DNA of 51,679 nt, counting the filler, from Jimgerdemannia flammicorona (lineage: Eukaryota), in NCBI GenBank assembly GCA_003990765.1. It is 2 parts of 2 records of this genome, joined end to end, with 100 filler letters (N's around TTAATTAATTAA, not from the genome) between each part and the next. Parts side by side here need not be neighbours in the genome. Positions count along the whole stretch, not along the records: positions 1 to 25,790 come from RBNJ01000794.1; 1 more part is not named here. One strand, given 5' to 3'. The number at the start of each line of letters is the position of its first letter. The first letter of the stretch is position 1. The notes beneath the pieces are model-generated. The model had not been told where the DNA came from. It saw only the letters and a program-made list of their open reading frames with translations, and ran no database searches. Shown here one piece after another: positions 10,536 through 22,477 of this stretch. The translations under genes were made by a program, and so were the position numbers.

Positions 10536-12430
10536 TGTGAATAATTAAGATAACTATTAGTTCTAAGTTCTGAGTTTTTATAAGAAAGCACTAAGTTCCA
10601 ATTATCAATTATAGTAGTATATTTAAGTATCACTTTCAAGTTCTTATACTGATAGAGATACTATACTTATATCTCAAATTAATTAGACTCAGAATTGTTA
10701 ACAAGTTAGATCTGAGAGTTTTTGATAAGAATACTGATTTATTCTTATATTCAGAAAAAGCAGAGCTTCAGGCTTAATCTGGAAAGTATACCAGATAATT
10801 GACTGTTACTTTTTTTTTTAGCTTTTAGACTAAAATTATAATATACTCAGTATAGAAAGTATTTTTACAGATTTGGGACTATGGCTAAATATAGTATACT
10901 GGATATATCTATATGTAGTTATACTATATATGATATCTATAATTACTATATTGAAAATTCTATTGAAATTTCCAGTGACTTTATTGCTATATAATAAACT
11001 ATTATATTCTTCTTTTCTTTTATAAAAAGTAATAAAATATTCTATAATTTTATTATTATATAATGAACTATTATATTCTTTCCTTTAATAAAAGGTAATA
11101 AAATATTCTATAATTTCTCTTAAAAAAAATAAGTACAGATTCTCTTATTTATATTATATAAATTATTTTGACAGTTTCTTTATTAGAACAGATTCTTAAA
11201 GTATAGATGATTTCTGTATAATATAGATATTTTGGTAATTTTCTTAATAAGATAGATTCTTGTATATAAATATTTTAGCAGATTTTCTTAAAATAGTTAA
11301 TTTCTCAAAAGAGTGTAAATTTCTAAATAATATAGATTTTATATAAAATAGTAGATTTGGTGAATTTCTCAAATAGTAGTTAATATTAATTTTTCAGAAT
11401 TTGAATTGTCTAAGTCAGAGTCTGAGGATTTAAATTATCTAAGTCAGATAAATATATAATAGCAATTCTTTAGGATTCAAATCATCTAAGTTAGATAGAC
11501 TTTTTGAGTAGTATAGATAATAGTAATTTTCAGATTTCATCAGAAAGTAGACCAAGATCAGATAATTTAAGTTTTTCTTAGAGTTATCTACACTTTAGAC
11601 TTCTTGAGAAGAAATTACTTTAGTTAGAGTAACTTTTTGCTACTACTAAATTATAATATAGATATTTTCTAATTTATTTGACTTTGTCTAGAAAGCAAAT
11701 TCTTGAGTTCTTTTAACTTTATCTAAGAAGTAAATTCTTGAGTTCTTCTGGTCTTGTCTGAGAAGTATACTAAAATATAATAGATTTCTAGCTTAATCTG
11801 ATAAGTAGAGACTTTTTTTTTTGTATCAGAAAGTAAACTGGAGTAAAAAGAAATAAAGCTTATAACTTTTAGTAGTAGCTCTTAGTAGATATTCCTCCTA
11901 AGTATTACAATCATCTATAGATCAAGTGACTCTTAGTCAGTATTCTCTTTCTAAGTATATCAGATAATTGATTTTTACTTTTTTTCTATTTTCTGACTGA
12001 GATTACAATATACTCAATACAGAGAATATTAATATAGATTTGGGACTATAGTTAAATATGATATTCTAGGTATATCTATATAGTTATATTATATATAGTA
12101 TATATAACTAGTGCTCTTAATAAATCAAATTGAATTAAATTTGATCCAAACTTAATTTAATTCAAATGAAATCAAAGGTCTAATTTGATTTGAGATTCAA
12201 TTCAAACTCTATTTTTTGAAATATAATAATCTGATAAAAACATATCCAAATTTAATGATCTTTAGCTTGTTAAATTTTATCATATTTTCATCAAGTTATT
12301 ATATTTATAAAAATAGGGTTTAAATTAGACTCTCAATTCAATTTGAATTTGATTTGATTTATTTAGAAGTACTATCTGTAACTACTATGTTGAAAATTCT
12401 ATTAGAATTCTATTAGAAATTCTGTTAACT
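10536..12430. mobile_element. Heavily decayed LTR-like sequence related to the Gypsy LTR, with an internal duplication
   Basis: 10784-10972 is repeated at 11953-12410; 11823-11880 resembles LTR segment 13704-13765 (ATCAGAAAGTA.AC..GAGT..AAAG...TAG.AGTAGCT). Confidence 0.5.
12109..12374. mobile_element. hAT-family MITE (266 bp)
   Basis: Ends TAGTGCTC...AGAAGTACTA; ATTTGA/TCAAAT subterminal repeats; degenerate 8-bp TSD TATATAAC/TCTGTAAC; empty site TCTATAAT at ~10936-10943 in the duplicated copy; left end matches the hAT end at 51558. Confidence 0.75.
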
Positions 12431-12683
12431 ATTATAATTATACTATATATACTTATTTATAATATAGATCTAATAATCTCTTTAATAATATAATCTAAAG
12501 AATTACTTAAAGTTTAAATAATAAATAAGAGATTATAATATTATAAAAATAAAAAAATACTTATATAAAAATTATTTTTAATTTATTAGATTTATAAGTA
12601 TAGTCTATATTATATAAGTTTATATTTTTTAAAATATAAATTTTAGTCTATATTGATTAGTAAAGATAATTTTATATATAGAC

Positions 12684-12908
12684 TACTCTTTTCTCTACTA
12701 TTATATTAGTTATAAGATTTTAGTAGACAACCTTCTGAGTCTTTTTTCTATAACTTTTACTATCTCTACCTTAGATTAGTTTGCTGTATCTATTTCAGAA
12801 TAGTAGGAGAGAGATAATGATGATAAGTTGTCTTTTTATCAGTACCAGATTAGTACTTTCTCTACTTTTTTATAGTTTCTGATACCTCTGGCTATATCTG
12901 GAGTATAT
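12684..12908 (+). mobile_element. 5' ~225 bp of a third, heavily mutated copy of the 1.2-kb poly(A) retroposon, interrupted by the Gypsy LTR
   Basis: Colinear with the reverse complement of 43256-43035 (TTAGTTTGCTGTA, GATAAGTTG..TTTATCAGT, CTTTCTCTACTTTTT); similarity stops exactly at 12908. Confidence 0.8.
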
Positions 12909-14110
12909 TGTAACATGCCTGGCTCAATGGAGACAAATTACAAGATTGGGAGTTGGTGTAGTTTGGCTTGAGCCCCCAGTTACTTTATTAAAAGCAATAA
13001 AATGTTCTTGATATTTAGTGGTATAATAGTTAAAGCTAGATATCTGCAAGTGATTTATATATTAATTTCCTAATTGAGATAGTTCTCTAGATATAGTAAT
13101 GATCTATATAGTATGGGTATTCTCCAAAAGTATGTAATTTCTAGGTAATGATCTCTTGTATAGTGCTGTGGGTTCCTTATATATGACAGTCTGGCAATTT
13201 GGTAGATTTCTTATATGATCTCTATATAATGATCTCTGTGTAGTATATTAGATTCCTTATATAATCTCTGTATGATAATCTCTATATAGTATGGTGGATT
13301 TCTTATGTATGATATTTTAGTAATTTGGTGGTTGATTCAATTTGGCATAGATTCTCCTAAATCAGCTTACTGGGAACAAATGAATAACTCAGATAACCTG
13401 GATAACTTGGATGATATAGATTCTTTCTGAATCAGTAGGGTTCTTCTGGGAATGTAGTAAATAACTCAAAAATGGCAGATGATGTAGATAACTTAGATTC
13501 TTGATAAGTTACATCAAAAACTGGCTTTATTTGCACTAATGAATCACTGTGAAGTTGTATCAGATAGACTGGCTTATGGCAAGAATGGTAGGCTCTCTGG
13601 GAATAGTGGATAACCTCAAATGGCAGTAAAGTTCTTCCTTGAACTTGGTGGATTTCTTCAGACTTATCTGGCAAGCAAACCAAAAATATAACAAACTCTT
13701 CTTTATATCAGAAAGTAGACCAGAGTGGAAAGGAATGCTTTGCTCATAATCTTCTAGCAGTAGCTATAGAGTTTCTCTCAAAGTGTAGTAGATAGACTTA
13801 ACTTTTACTTTGGATTCAATTTGGACTGAGGTTTATTTACTCTTATCTCTGGAGTATTTTATATATTATAGTTGCTATCTAGTTACTATGTGGCTAACTA
13901 TAGATTTGCTATTTATGATAGATATGCTGGTTTGGTACAAGTATGTAGGTCTAGTATAGGTGTACAGATCCTGCATAGATATATCTTATCTAGTAGTCTG
14001 GCTATTTATACAGTTTTCTGCAGTAATAGTTACTATGTCTGGTTACTATACTATGTGTTCATATCATCTGGCTAAGTTATAATTCAGGTGGTACATTTTG
14101 GTTTGTCACA
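12909..14110 (-). repeat. 3' LTR (~1.2 kb) of the Gypsy element
   Basis: Minus strand TGTGAC(14110)...GTTACA(12909), preceded by purine tract TTAGTAGAGGCTGA (14124-14111); internal degenerate tandem repeats at ~13095-13330. Confidence 0.8.
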
Positions 14111-14150
14111 TCAGCCTCTACTAAAGGATGGTCTGTCCTCAGACTGTCCT

Positions 14151-14663
14151 TTAGTCATCATTCCACTATAGATAAGTATCTTCTGTATCAATATCTGTTC
14201 TATCATCTTCATCATCTATACCATAGTTGCTCTATTCCAAGGGTTCTTCTTCTTCTGAGAATAGGATTTTGACAGCATTGATGATGCTCAGATAAGTAGC
14301 CAGGTTCATTCTTCATATATCATACCAGGGAAATTATACTTGTAACAAGGCTGCAGGGTTATATTTATAAAGGGTGTAGAGCCTGTCTACAGTAGTGATA
14401 TCTCTTTTTGATAGTCCTGTAGTATTTCTCATATATGTTTGTTCTGGGGCTGGAAGGTTCTGTAATTGTTCTCCAATCATATAGTGGGTCTGAAGTTAAT
14501 GAATCTGCAACAATCATCTGGCCAGAATAAGATTCTCTTAATGAATCTGAAATTTCTAAAGGATATTTCCATTAACTTCTTGGAATTGAGGTAGGGGAAT
14601 TAGTAGTAATTAAAATGAGCTAAGGATAAGAGTCTGGAGGTAGTTGTCAACTCTCTGACTCAT
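14151..14663 (-). pseudogene. Extra ORF (~170 codons) between integrase and PPT, unknown function
   Basis: MSQRVDNYLQTLIL...THYMIGEQLQNLPAPEQTYMRNTTGLSKRDITTVDRLYTLYKYNPAALLQV... plus an acidic tail; in-frame stops are TAA/TAG/TGA, restorable by single transitions; one frameshift near the 3' end. Confidence 0.6.
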
Positions 14664-14699
14664 GATATAGGAAAAGGTATATCTTGAGATAATTGATAT

Positions 14700-15720
14700 A
14701 TACTGGTATTCTCAGAGTTTGTCCATCCATACCTCTTAAATAGATACTGGTTTCTCTGATATTGTGCACAAGATAAGATCCTTCCTATTTGGACTCTAAT
14801 TTGGTGGTGAAGTTTGTTTCAATTATACTTCTACAAACTAATACTTTATCTTCAATCTTGATCTTCTGATCTTTCTGTTTCTGGTCATAATACTTCTTTT
14901 GTCTTTCTTGAGCTTTGGTAATCTGAACTTAGGCCTGATTATGTAACTTTTCTGCCTTCTTGAGGAGGTCTTCAAGATTCTTATGGTCAGCAGTTCTGGT
15001 TTTCTTAGAAAATATAATTTCAAATAGCTTTTGTTTAGTAAAGGTAGTAGGGGTATTCTGAATTTCCCATAGAATCTCAGGTAAGCAAAGATTCCAGTTG
15101 ACAGGATTGACTCAGGCAAGTTCTTTCTTGATGATCTGGTTCATTCTTTCTATCATGCCATTGGTCTGAGAGTAGTATGATATGGTCTGCTTGAGGTGGA
15201 TTTTGTGAATTTAGGTATAACTTGTAATTATGTTATTGATGAATTTCATATCTTGGTCAGAGATAAGTTCTTTTGAGGGTCCATATCTGAGTGTGAGTCT
15301 ATAGAGAAGGTCTACAATAGTTAAGGCATCTGTGATTTCTATTGGGAAAGCCTCAGGCTACTTGGTCAGATGTTCTATAAATACAAGGATATACTTGTTT
15401 TTTCTTGGTATGTATAACTAGTAGAAGTCCAATTATATCTACTCCCCATCTCTGAAATATGTTATCTGATAGTGTGATTGGTTATAGTGGTGTTTGGTAG
15501 TTCTTTCTTCCTTGGTACTTCTGGCAGGTATCACATTTCTTGAATATATATCAGACTTGTGTTCTGAGATTGAGCCAATGCTGATATATTATTTGCAAGT
15601 TTTCTTCTATGTTTGCTTATCCTTAGTGGGCTTTCTGATATTCCTTTCAGATGAGATCTTCTTGTATCTTAATGGTCTGAGGAGCTTTATTTAGAGTATA
15701 GTTCCTTGGAACACCTTTCT
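14700..15720 (-). pseudogene. Gypsy integrase remnant (zinc-binding, core, GPY/F); no chromodomain seen
   Basis: KCDTCQK; LISDQDMKFINN; YSQTNGMIERMNQII; KAQERQKKYYD; KLESK*EGSY. Confidence 0.9.
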
Positions 15721-15749
15721 TCTGATTCATTAGGACTGGCAGGAAAGTA

Positions 15750-16980
15750 TATCAACATTGCTGTAAGCTTTTCCTACTTTATAGATGATGGTGATTTTGT
15801 AATCCTAAAGGATAAGGATCCAGTGGGCTAGGATTCTAATAGGTTTCTTGCAGTTGAATAGCTATTTAAGGGCTGCATGATCTGTGATCAGAGTGAACCT
15901 TTTTCTGATAAGATAATGCTTAAACAGAGTGACTGTCAATATGACTGCAAGCATTCCAGTTTGGTGCTACCATAGTTCATCTATTGCTAATTGATAGCTT
16001 GGCTTATATAAGCTATCATATGGTATTATTAATCTAGTCCTTTTTGGGCTAAAACTGTTCCTAGGCTATCTTTGGAAGTATCTGTATACAAGATGAATGG
16101 CTTCTATAGATTGGAGTGTATAAGAATTAGTGCTGTAGTTATATGGTTCTTGAGTTCTTTGAAGGCTTTCTCTTGTGATTCTGTCTATTTATAAGGTACT
16201 TCTTTCTTGAGAAGGACTCAGATTGGGGCAGTGATTTGGGCAAAGTCCTTGATAAATCTTCTGTAGTAGGATACTAGCATCAAGAATGATAGTATTTCTT
16301 TTGGAGTCTTAGGTACTGGCCAATTATTGATCTTCTCAGTTTTCTTTGGGTCTGCATAGATTCTTTCTTTTAAAACTATGAATCTAAGAAATTCAAGTTT
16401 CTGTTTTCTGAAGTAGTATTTCTTTGCATTGAGTCTCAGATAGTTCTTGTAGGTGAGCTTGAAGAATTCCTCTAGGTGGTGCAGGTATTCTTCAAAATTT
16501 GCTAAATAGATATTGGAATCATTATGTATACAATCAGGCAGTAGTGGATCAAGGGGGCATAGACTGAATTTATCATCCTCTGAAAGGTGGAGGGTATATT
16601 GCAAAGTCCAAAAGGCATTCAGAGATATTCAAACAATTTACCTAGGGTAAGAAAGGCTGTCTTTCAAATGTCTTTGGGGTCTATGGAGATCTTATGGAAT
16701 CCTGTGAAAAGGTCCATACTGCTGAAGTATCTGATATCTTATAATTGATCCAAAAGCTCATCAATTCTGGGCAAAGGATAGACATCTTTTTCAGTGACTG
16801 AATTGAGTTTTCTGTAATCTACACAGAGTCTCCATCCTCCTTTCTTTGGTACAATAAGTATAGGGCTGGCTCAGGGACTAGTAGAGAGTCAGATAACTCC
16901 ATTATCTAAGAGTTCTTGAATATGCTCCTTTTCAAATGTGTTTAAGTAATAGGGTATTCTATAGGGTTTCTGTCAGATGG
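15750..16980 (-). pseudogene. Gypsy reverse transcriptase and RNase H remnant
   Basis: [90 protein letters not shown]. Confidence 0.95.
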
Positions 16981-17624
16981 GTATTGCTTTTCTTGTATTT
17001 ATACTATAGTGATATGATGGATTGTATAGTAGGTTACTATAATCAGTGGTGAAGATATCTTGATATTTATTGAGGAGTTCAACTAGTTGTTGCTATTGTT
17101 GGGGTATTAATTCTTCTCTAATATTGGTGGAAGGCTTCACTGTCTCCTGAGTCGCAGAGTGGCCTTTTCTTTCTTCTGGGACCTTTTGCTGTTTCCCAAT
17201 AGGTTTAGTTCATAAACTTCCCTATGAGTTTAGTTGAGAAAAGGTACCAGATTTCCTATAATAGTTTCTTTTGGTAAGATGATGGTCTCCCAACTTTGGT
17301 TGGTTGTTCAGGAGTGCACCAGATTCATCTTGTTAGAGAATGTGTATCCTTCTATATCCAAGTATGGGATATCTTCATTGAATTCAAAGAAAAGGTTCCT
17401 GGGGTCAGGTGGTATAAAGATTTCGAAGGTAGTTTGTTCTCTAGGCTCCAGGATGAGATTCTTGTACAGTTTGACTAGTTGGTAGTATACTTGCTGAAAA
17501 ACATTCCTCTTAAGGTAGTTGACTTGTAGGAGATGTACTTTCTTCTTGTCTGAACTTCCAAATCCTTTGGCTTGTCTTATTTCTTTGGTCAGTTTGGAGA
17601 CTTCTTGTAATTGTGGAGTCTTGG

Positions 17625-17950
17625 CCTTCATAAAGACTGCTTGAGTAATCTTCTGTCCTCTAATGATTCAGTGCTATTCTGTACTACTGTTGTATAGAAT
17701 GACCTTGATTTTGCCTGTATATCCTGAGTTAATAGTTCCTCCTTCTATGGTTATTCCTTATCTGGTAAGTCCAGACCTTGAGGTCAGTTAGATGTAAGCT
17801 CCTTGGGGTGGTTGTATGGCTAGTCCAGTTCTGATCATGAATGTTTTTCCAGACTTGATGGATTCATCCTCCAGACTGTGAATATTATATCCTATATCTT
17901 CTGGGTGAGCTTTGGTTGGGGGTTTGGCCTTGGGATATAGCAGGGTATAC
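17625..17950 (-). pseudogene. dUTPase domain within the Gypsy pol
   Basis: AKPPTKAHPEDIGYNIHS (motif I), IRTGLAIQPPQG, TSRSGL (II), GGTINSGYTGKIKVIL (III), GQKITQAVF (IV). Confidence 0.9.
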
Positions 17951-19244
17951 TGGGTGATATCCTTGCTGAGTTTGGGCTGTCCTAGGGCTGAAGCTCCACT
18001 AGCAGAGAGCCTCTAGGCTCTGAGGTTGAGGTGTGGCCATCTGGCTCCAGTAGAGGGATCTTGGAGATAGTTGATTCCTCTTCTTCTTATAGGATCTAGA
18101 GCTTCTATTAAATTGGTGGCATCCTCTGCCCATTCTTGGTGGGTGATATGTCTAATAAGAGCTAGGATGTCTTCTTCTAGATTGTAGATCTTAAGAATCC
18201 TTCTTTCTGGCTTCTTGGTCTGGCTTTTTCAGATCTGGCCTCTGTTATCTCCTCTATTCAAGGTGTGGATCATGATATCATAACTGAGGTGAATCTTCTG
18301 ATATCTGCAGTCTCAACAGTCTGGGTGTCTTCTATGGTTACAATATCCCATTGCTCAGAAATGATATTTCCAGTTGTTGATCTCTTGTTGTCTCAAGAAT
18401 CAGTACCCATCTTGGTCATAAGTTGGAGAAAGAGTAGACAAGGGGTATACTTCTGTTTGGGTGAAGAGATCTTGTCCTCTGAATTGTCTTTGCAACTTGG
18501 TGATAACCTCTTGGAAGGTAGTTAACTGTGCAACTATATTTGAGGGTTCTGGTCTCTGAGGTCTCTGTCTCTTCTGTTGGTCTAATAAATGGTACTGCTA
18601 GCAATAGTCTTAAGGAGAGTGGAAGACTATTTGGTATAGACATCTTTCTAGCCAAAAGCCCTTTCTTGGTAAGTTTCTTTCTTAGGAATAATGGAGATAA
18701 TGCTGGATCCTTTTTCCATATTCCAAGGATCATTATTTTCAGATAGTATCCAGCAAGAGTTATCTCAGAGAATGAGTTTGGAGACCTCTTCTTCTTCAGA
18801 TGCTTCTTGTTCAGAAACTTCTTGGTCAGAAACTTCTTCTTCCTCAGATAATTCTTGGCCCCAAATTGCTTATACTTCTGCAGCTTTGGCTGCAGGTATT
18901 TCTGAAATATATCTGCATTTCTTCTTCTTCTTTCTATTCTCTAGGCAGGCTATGCCAGGTGATTTTCTTGTCTCAATGATCTTGGAGGAGTGCTTGGGGC
19001 ACTTGTGTCTCTTGAGGTAGGTGGGGTATCTTTTGATTTCTCCTGCAATGGCTCCAATAGTAATGGGGATAGTATTTTTGGCCCATACATTGTCTTCTGG
19101 CCTGTCATCCACTAGGTTGATCCTGGGATTGAGTCTGGGATCATTTCCATCTTCAGATTCTTCTTCTTCCTCTGTGGTAGACTCTCCACTACTGATATAT
19201 TCTTCCTAGATATTGACCTTCTTCTTTTTCTTTAATTGCTCATA

Positions 19245-19600
19245 GCTGGTCACCTTAACTCTATACTTCTTGCCTCAGTAGTCAAACTTGAGTACTTGTT
19301 GACTGATATCAACAACTGCATTTATTTCCTTCATCCAATTAGTGCCAAGGATTATATTATAGATGATAGCTTCAGTGATAATAGCTTTTGGGATGGAGAA
19401 CTAAATGTGTCTAAGGGAAATAGTGATGTTTTATACTTCACCAAGAGGTTGAGTTCGAGCTCCATCTGCTACTATGATTCTGAGGTTGAATGGTCCATCA
19501 ATGAGCCATTGGAGGGTATTCAGGAATTATTTGGCAATAATATAGACAGCTACTCTTATATTTATGAGAATTTTCACCTTTGTCCTCCAATATCTCCATG
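19245..19600 (-). pseudogene. Retroviral-like aspartic protease remnant
   Basis: KILINIRVAVYII (= ILIDTGAAVCII after transitions), IVADGARTQPLGEV, IILGTNWM. Confidence 0.8.
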
Positions 19601-19619
19601 TAGATAGGTACTGATATGT

Positions 19620-20295
19620 CTTTCTACAGCTTGGATAGGAATGGAAGCTAGTTCTTATTGTGGGATTGAAACTTGGCCAGTGCTAGACCTGGTGGTCCTC
19701 AGTAATTTGTTTTAGACTTCAGCTAGTATCAGTTGCAGAAACTACAGAAGAGGGACTTCTATCTTGGCTTCTTGAATCTTCTGCCAGGCTTCATTGTAGA
19801 TGTCTCTGGACATGGTTTTCAGGGTGTACTTCTTCTTAGGTTTTGAGACAGCAGGTTCCTGTTCTTTTTGTTCCATTTTCTCATCTTCTGGTAGCAACTT
19901 ATTTGTCTCAGAGACAAAAGGTGAGGGGGTCTGGAGAGGTGTTTCTACTTGCTCTTCCTCATGTTCTTTATCTTCTTCTTAAATAATTTTTCTGCTGATA
20001 TTCCTGGATGGCCTTTCTATGGGTCTCTTCCTTTTCTCTGCTGGGTAGACTGTTTTTTGGATAGTAACCTTAGTAGGGTACAAGTCTAAATTACTATAAT
20101 CTTCACTGTTGCTTGCTTCTTCAAAATCTTCAATAGGATGGACTTCAGTCTTCTTATACTGGGTTTTATTCCTTCTGTTTGGTGGTTCTGAGTTCCTTTG
20201 GTCACTTCTTTTGTTGTCATATTCAGTAGCATAGTGTCCAAATTGTCTATAGTGGAAGTATTGGACTTGGGCTCTATCTTGGACAGGGTATCTTC
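19620..20295 (-). pseudogene. C-terminal part of gag with a mutated CCHC zinc knuckle
   Basis: QYFHYRQFGHYATEY at 20263-20219 has CX2CX4HX4C spacing with all three Cys replaced by Tyr. Confidence 0.8.
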
Positions 20296-20387
20296 CATCT
20301 TTCTCTACTACAATTCGCGTTACACACACTTTTACAACACACTTTCAAGGCATTTATTGGAGAAAGATACTAAGGCAATGTCGACTA

Positions 20388-22446
20388 GCAAGCAAGCCAA
20401 TGCATGTACTAGGTCAGGTGGACCTGGGGCCTTCAACTGGCAGTATGTCAGAAGAGGGTATGGACTGGGGATGGAGTCTTTCAGTGGCTCAGGTGGGCAG
20501 GGCAGCTTGGGTAGTAGAAGTAGCATTGGGGGGGGGGGCTGGAGGGCAGCAGGGAAGGAGCTTTGCAGACATGCTGAGGACAGGAGGCTGGCCGATGGGA
20601 GATCATAGTGGACAGACAGGAGGGAAGGGGAAGAAGAAGGCTGGGAATGCTGGGGGAGCTGGGCCTTCGTCAGTGGGAGGTGGGGGAAATGGAGGAGCTG
20701 CTGGGGGTAGTGGTGGGACTGCTGATGGTAGCGTGACGGTGAATCAGGAGGAAAAAAAAAGAGATGTGATGGCTGATGGCCAGGAGGGGCAGGGGTACCC
20801 GATGCAGAAGGGGGACCTAGCAGATGGTGTAACAGGACTGGCAGTGGCTCCATTGCTCAAGAAGTCGATTTCGGAGTTCGCGGCTACCTTGTGCTTCTGA
20901 GGCTAGGCAGTGATGGTGAGGATGGTTCTGGGGCTTATTTCGAAGCAAGTGGCTGGGGTAGTCTTGGTGAAATTCCTGAAGGGTCTGGAGGGAGTTGAGG
21001 TGGGCTTTGAGGAGGCAGGCCCACTGGAAGAGGCACTGAGGGCTGGAGAGGCAGTTGGGGAGGTGGTGGTCCCCATGGTGCAATGTTTGAGGTGGGATCC
21101 CAGGGTGGTGCAGCTGCTGGTAAGGGGAGTACCCATGGTGACTAAGGAGGAGATGAGGAGGAGGGTGGAAGAGGTGATGGTCGAGTATGGTGACATAGTG
21201 GACATTGGCTTTTAGTTGTGGGAGGGGATAACTTTCAGGACAGGCGACATCGATGTCAGGATTTGGTTGGCAGGGCAGGAGGCTACAGGGAAGACGAGTG
21301 ACTGGCCCTCAGTGCTGATGTGGGGGGCCATTGTCTGCAAGGTGTCGAGGGTGAAAGGGAGTGAGGAGGAGGAGGAGGACTTGTTGGAGGCACTGGAGGA
21401 GTTGAGTGGTGCTGTGGAGAGGAGGGTGAAGGCCTGGAAACTGTATGAGGAGTTGATGCATCTGGAGGTTGTGGGCGGGAAGCATATCTGTATGGATAAG
21501 AAGCAGTGGGAGTGGGCCCAGGGATACAAGAGGCAGAGGGAGCTATTGGCTAGTATGACAGGAGGGGTGAAGAAGACATCAGTTGGAGCTGAGGAGTCTG
21601 GAGGTATTAAGGCCAGTGTCTGGGCTGGTACAGAAGGAGAGGAGGTGGAGGCAAAAGAGGCAGAGGCTGGGAAGAAGCTGGACAAGGACCCATTTGCTGA
21701 TGGTACCTTCAAAGTGTGGGAGCTGGAGTTAGATGCCACCCCCCCCCCTCTTATCAGGAGGGGCCCAATTGGAAAGAGAGGGGCGATGGAGGATGTGCGG
21801 ATGCAGGGGGCCCAGCAGGTGCACTTTGGGGTCCCTAATGTGGAGCAAGGGGGTCAGATAGTGGCAGTTGGTGAGGATGAGCTGGTGGATGTCTCTGAGG
21901 AGGAGTGGGATGAGGCTGCCAGTGTAGGAGCTGACACCACAATGCTGGATGCTGAGTGGCCGGGGACTCCAGGAGGGAAGGAGGTGGGGAACTTGTTGTG
22001 GATGCGCAAGGTGATGGATAATCTTGCAGCAGAAGCTTTGGGAGAAGTGGACCTGTGGGCAATGCCTGAGGAGCATTGGGCACAGGTTCTGCATGGTGAT
22101 GGAATGGTGGAGGCACTAAAGGTGGAGATTCTGGAAATTTTCCTAGAGGAGGAGGGATATGAGGTTGACGAGGTGAGGAAGGCAGAGCTGGGGGTTAAAC
22201 AAAAAAAAAAAGGCAGAGCTGGGGGTGGTTGCTGGTGAGCGGGTGGCCTACTGCTGGGCAGAGCACCATGGTCTGTGGCTCTGGCAGGAGGCCTGTCTGG
22301 AATATCATGAGGATTTTGAAGAGCATGAAGATGGGGCAATGGTGGAACTTCTGGAAGTATTGGCGGCATGGGAAGCTAGAGAGAGAGAACTAGCTGCTGA
22401 ACGTGACTTGGACTTGGTGCAGGAGGAGCAGAATGTGGACTTGTAG
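20388..22446 (+). pseudogene. LINE ORF1 remnant (RRM-like core, acidic C-terminus)
   Basis: Joins ORF-track pieces 20198/20400/20910/21216/22225; VQLLVRGVP...VMVEYGDIVDIG...FRTGDIDV resembles L1/Tx1 ORF1 RRM. Confidence 0.7.
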
Positions 22447-22477
22447 AGGATGGGACCATGATATATTATTTTTCTTT

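Larger units (their letters stand above)
12909..20295 (-). mobile_element. Ty3/Gypsy LTR retrotransposon, decayed; 5' part cut off by LINE insertion and contig break
   Basis: Minus-strand order: gag knuckle, protease, dUTPase, RT, RNase H, integrase, PPT, LTR; many stops and frameshifts. Confidence 0.95.
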
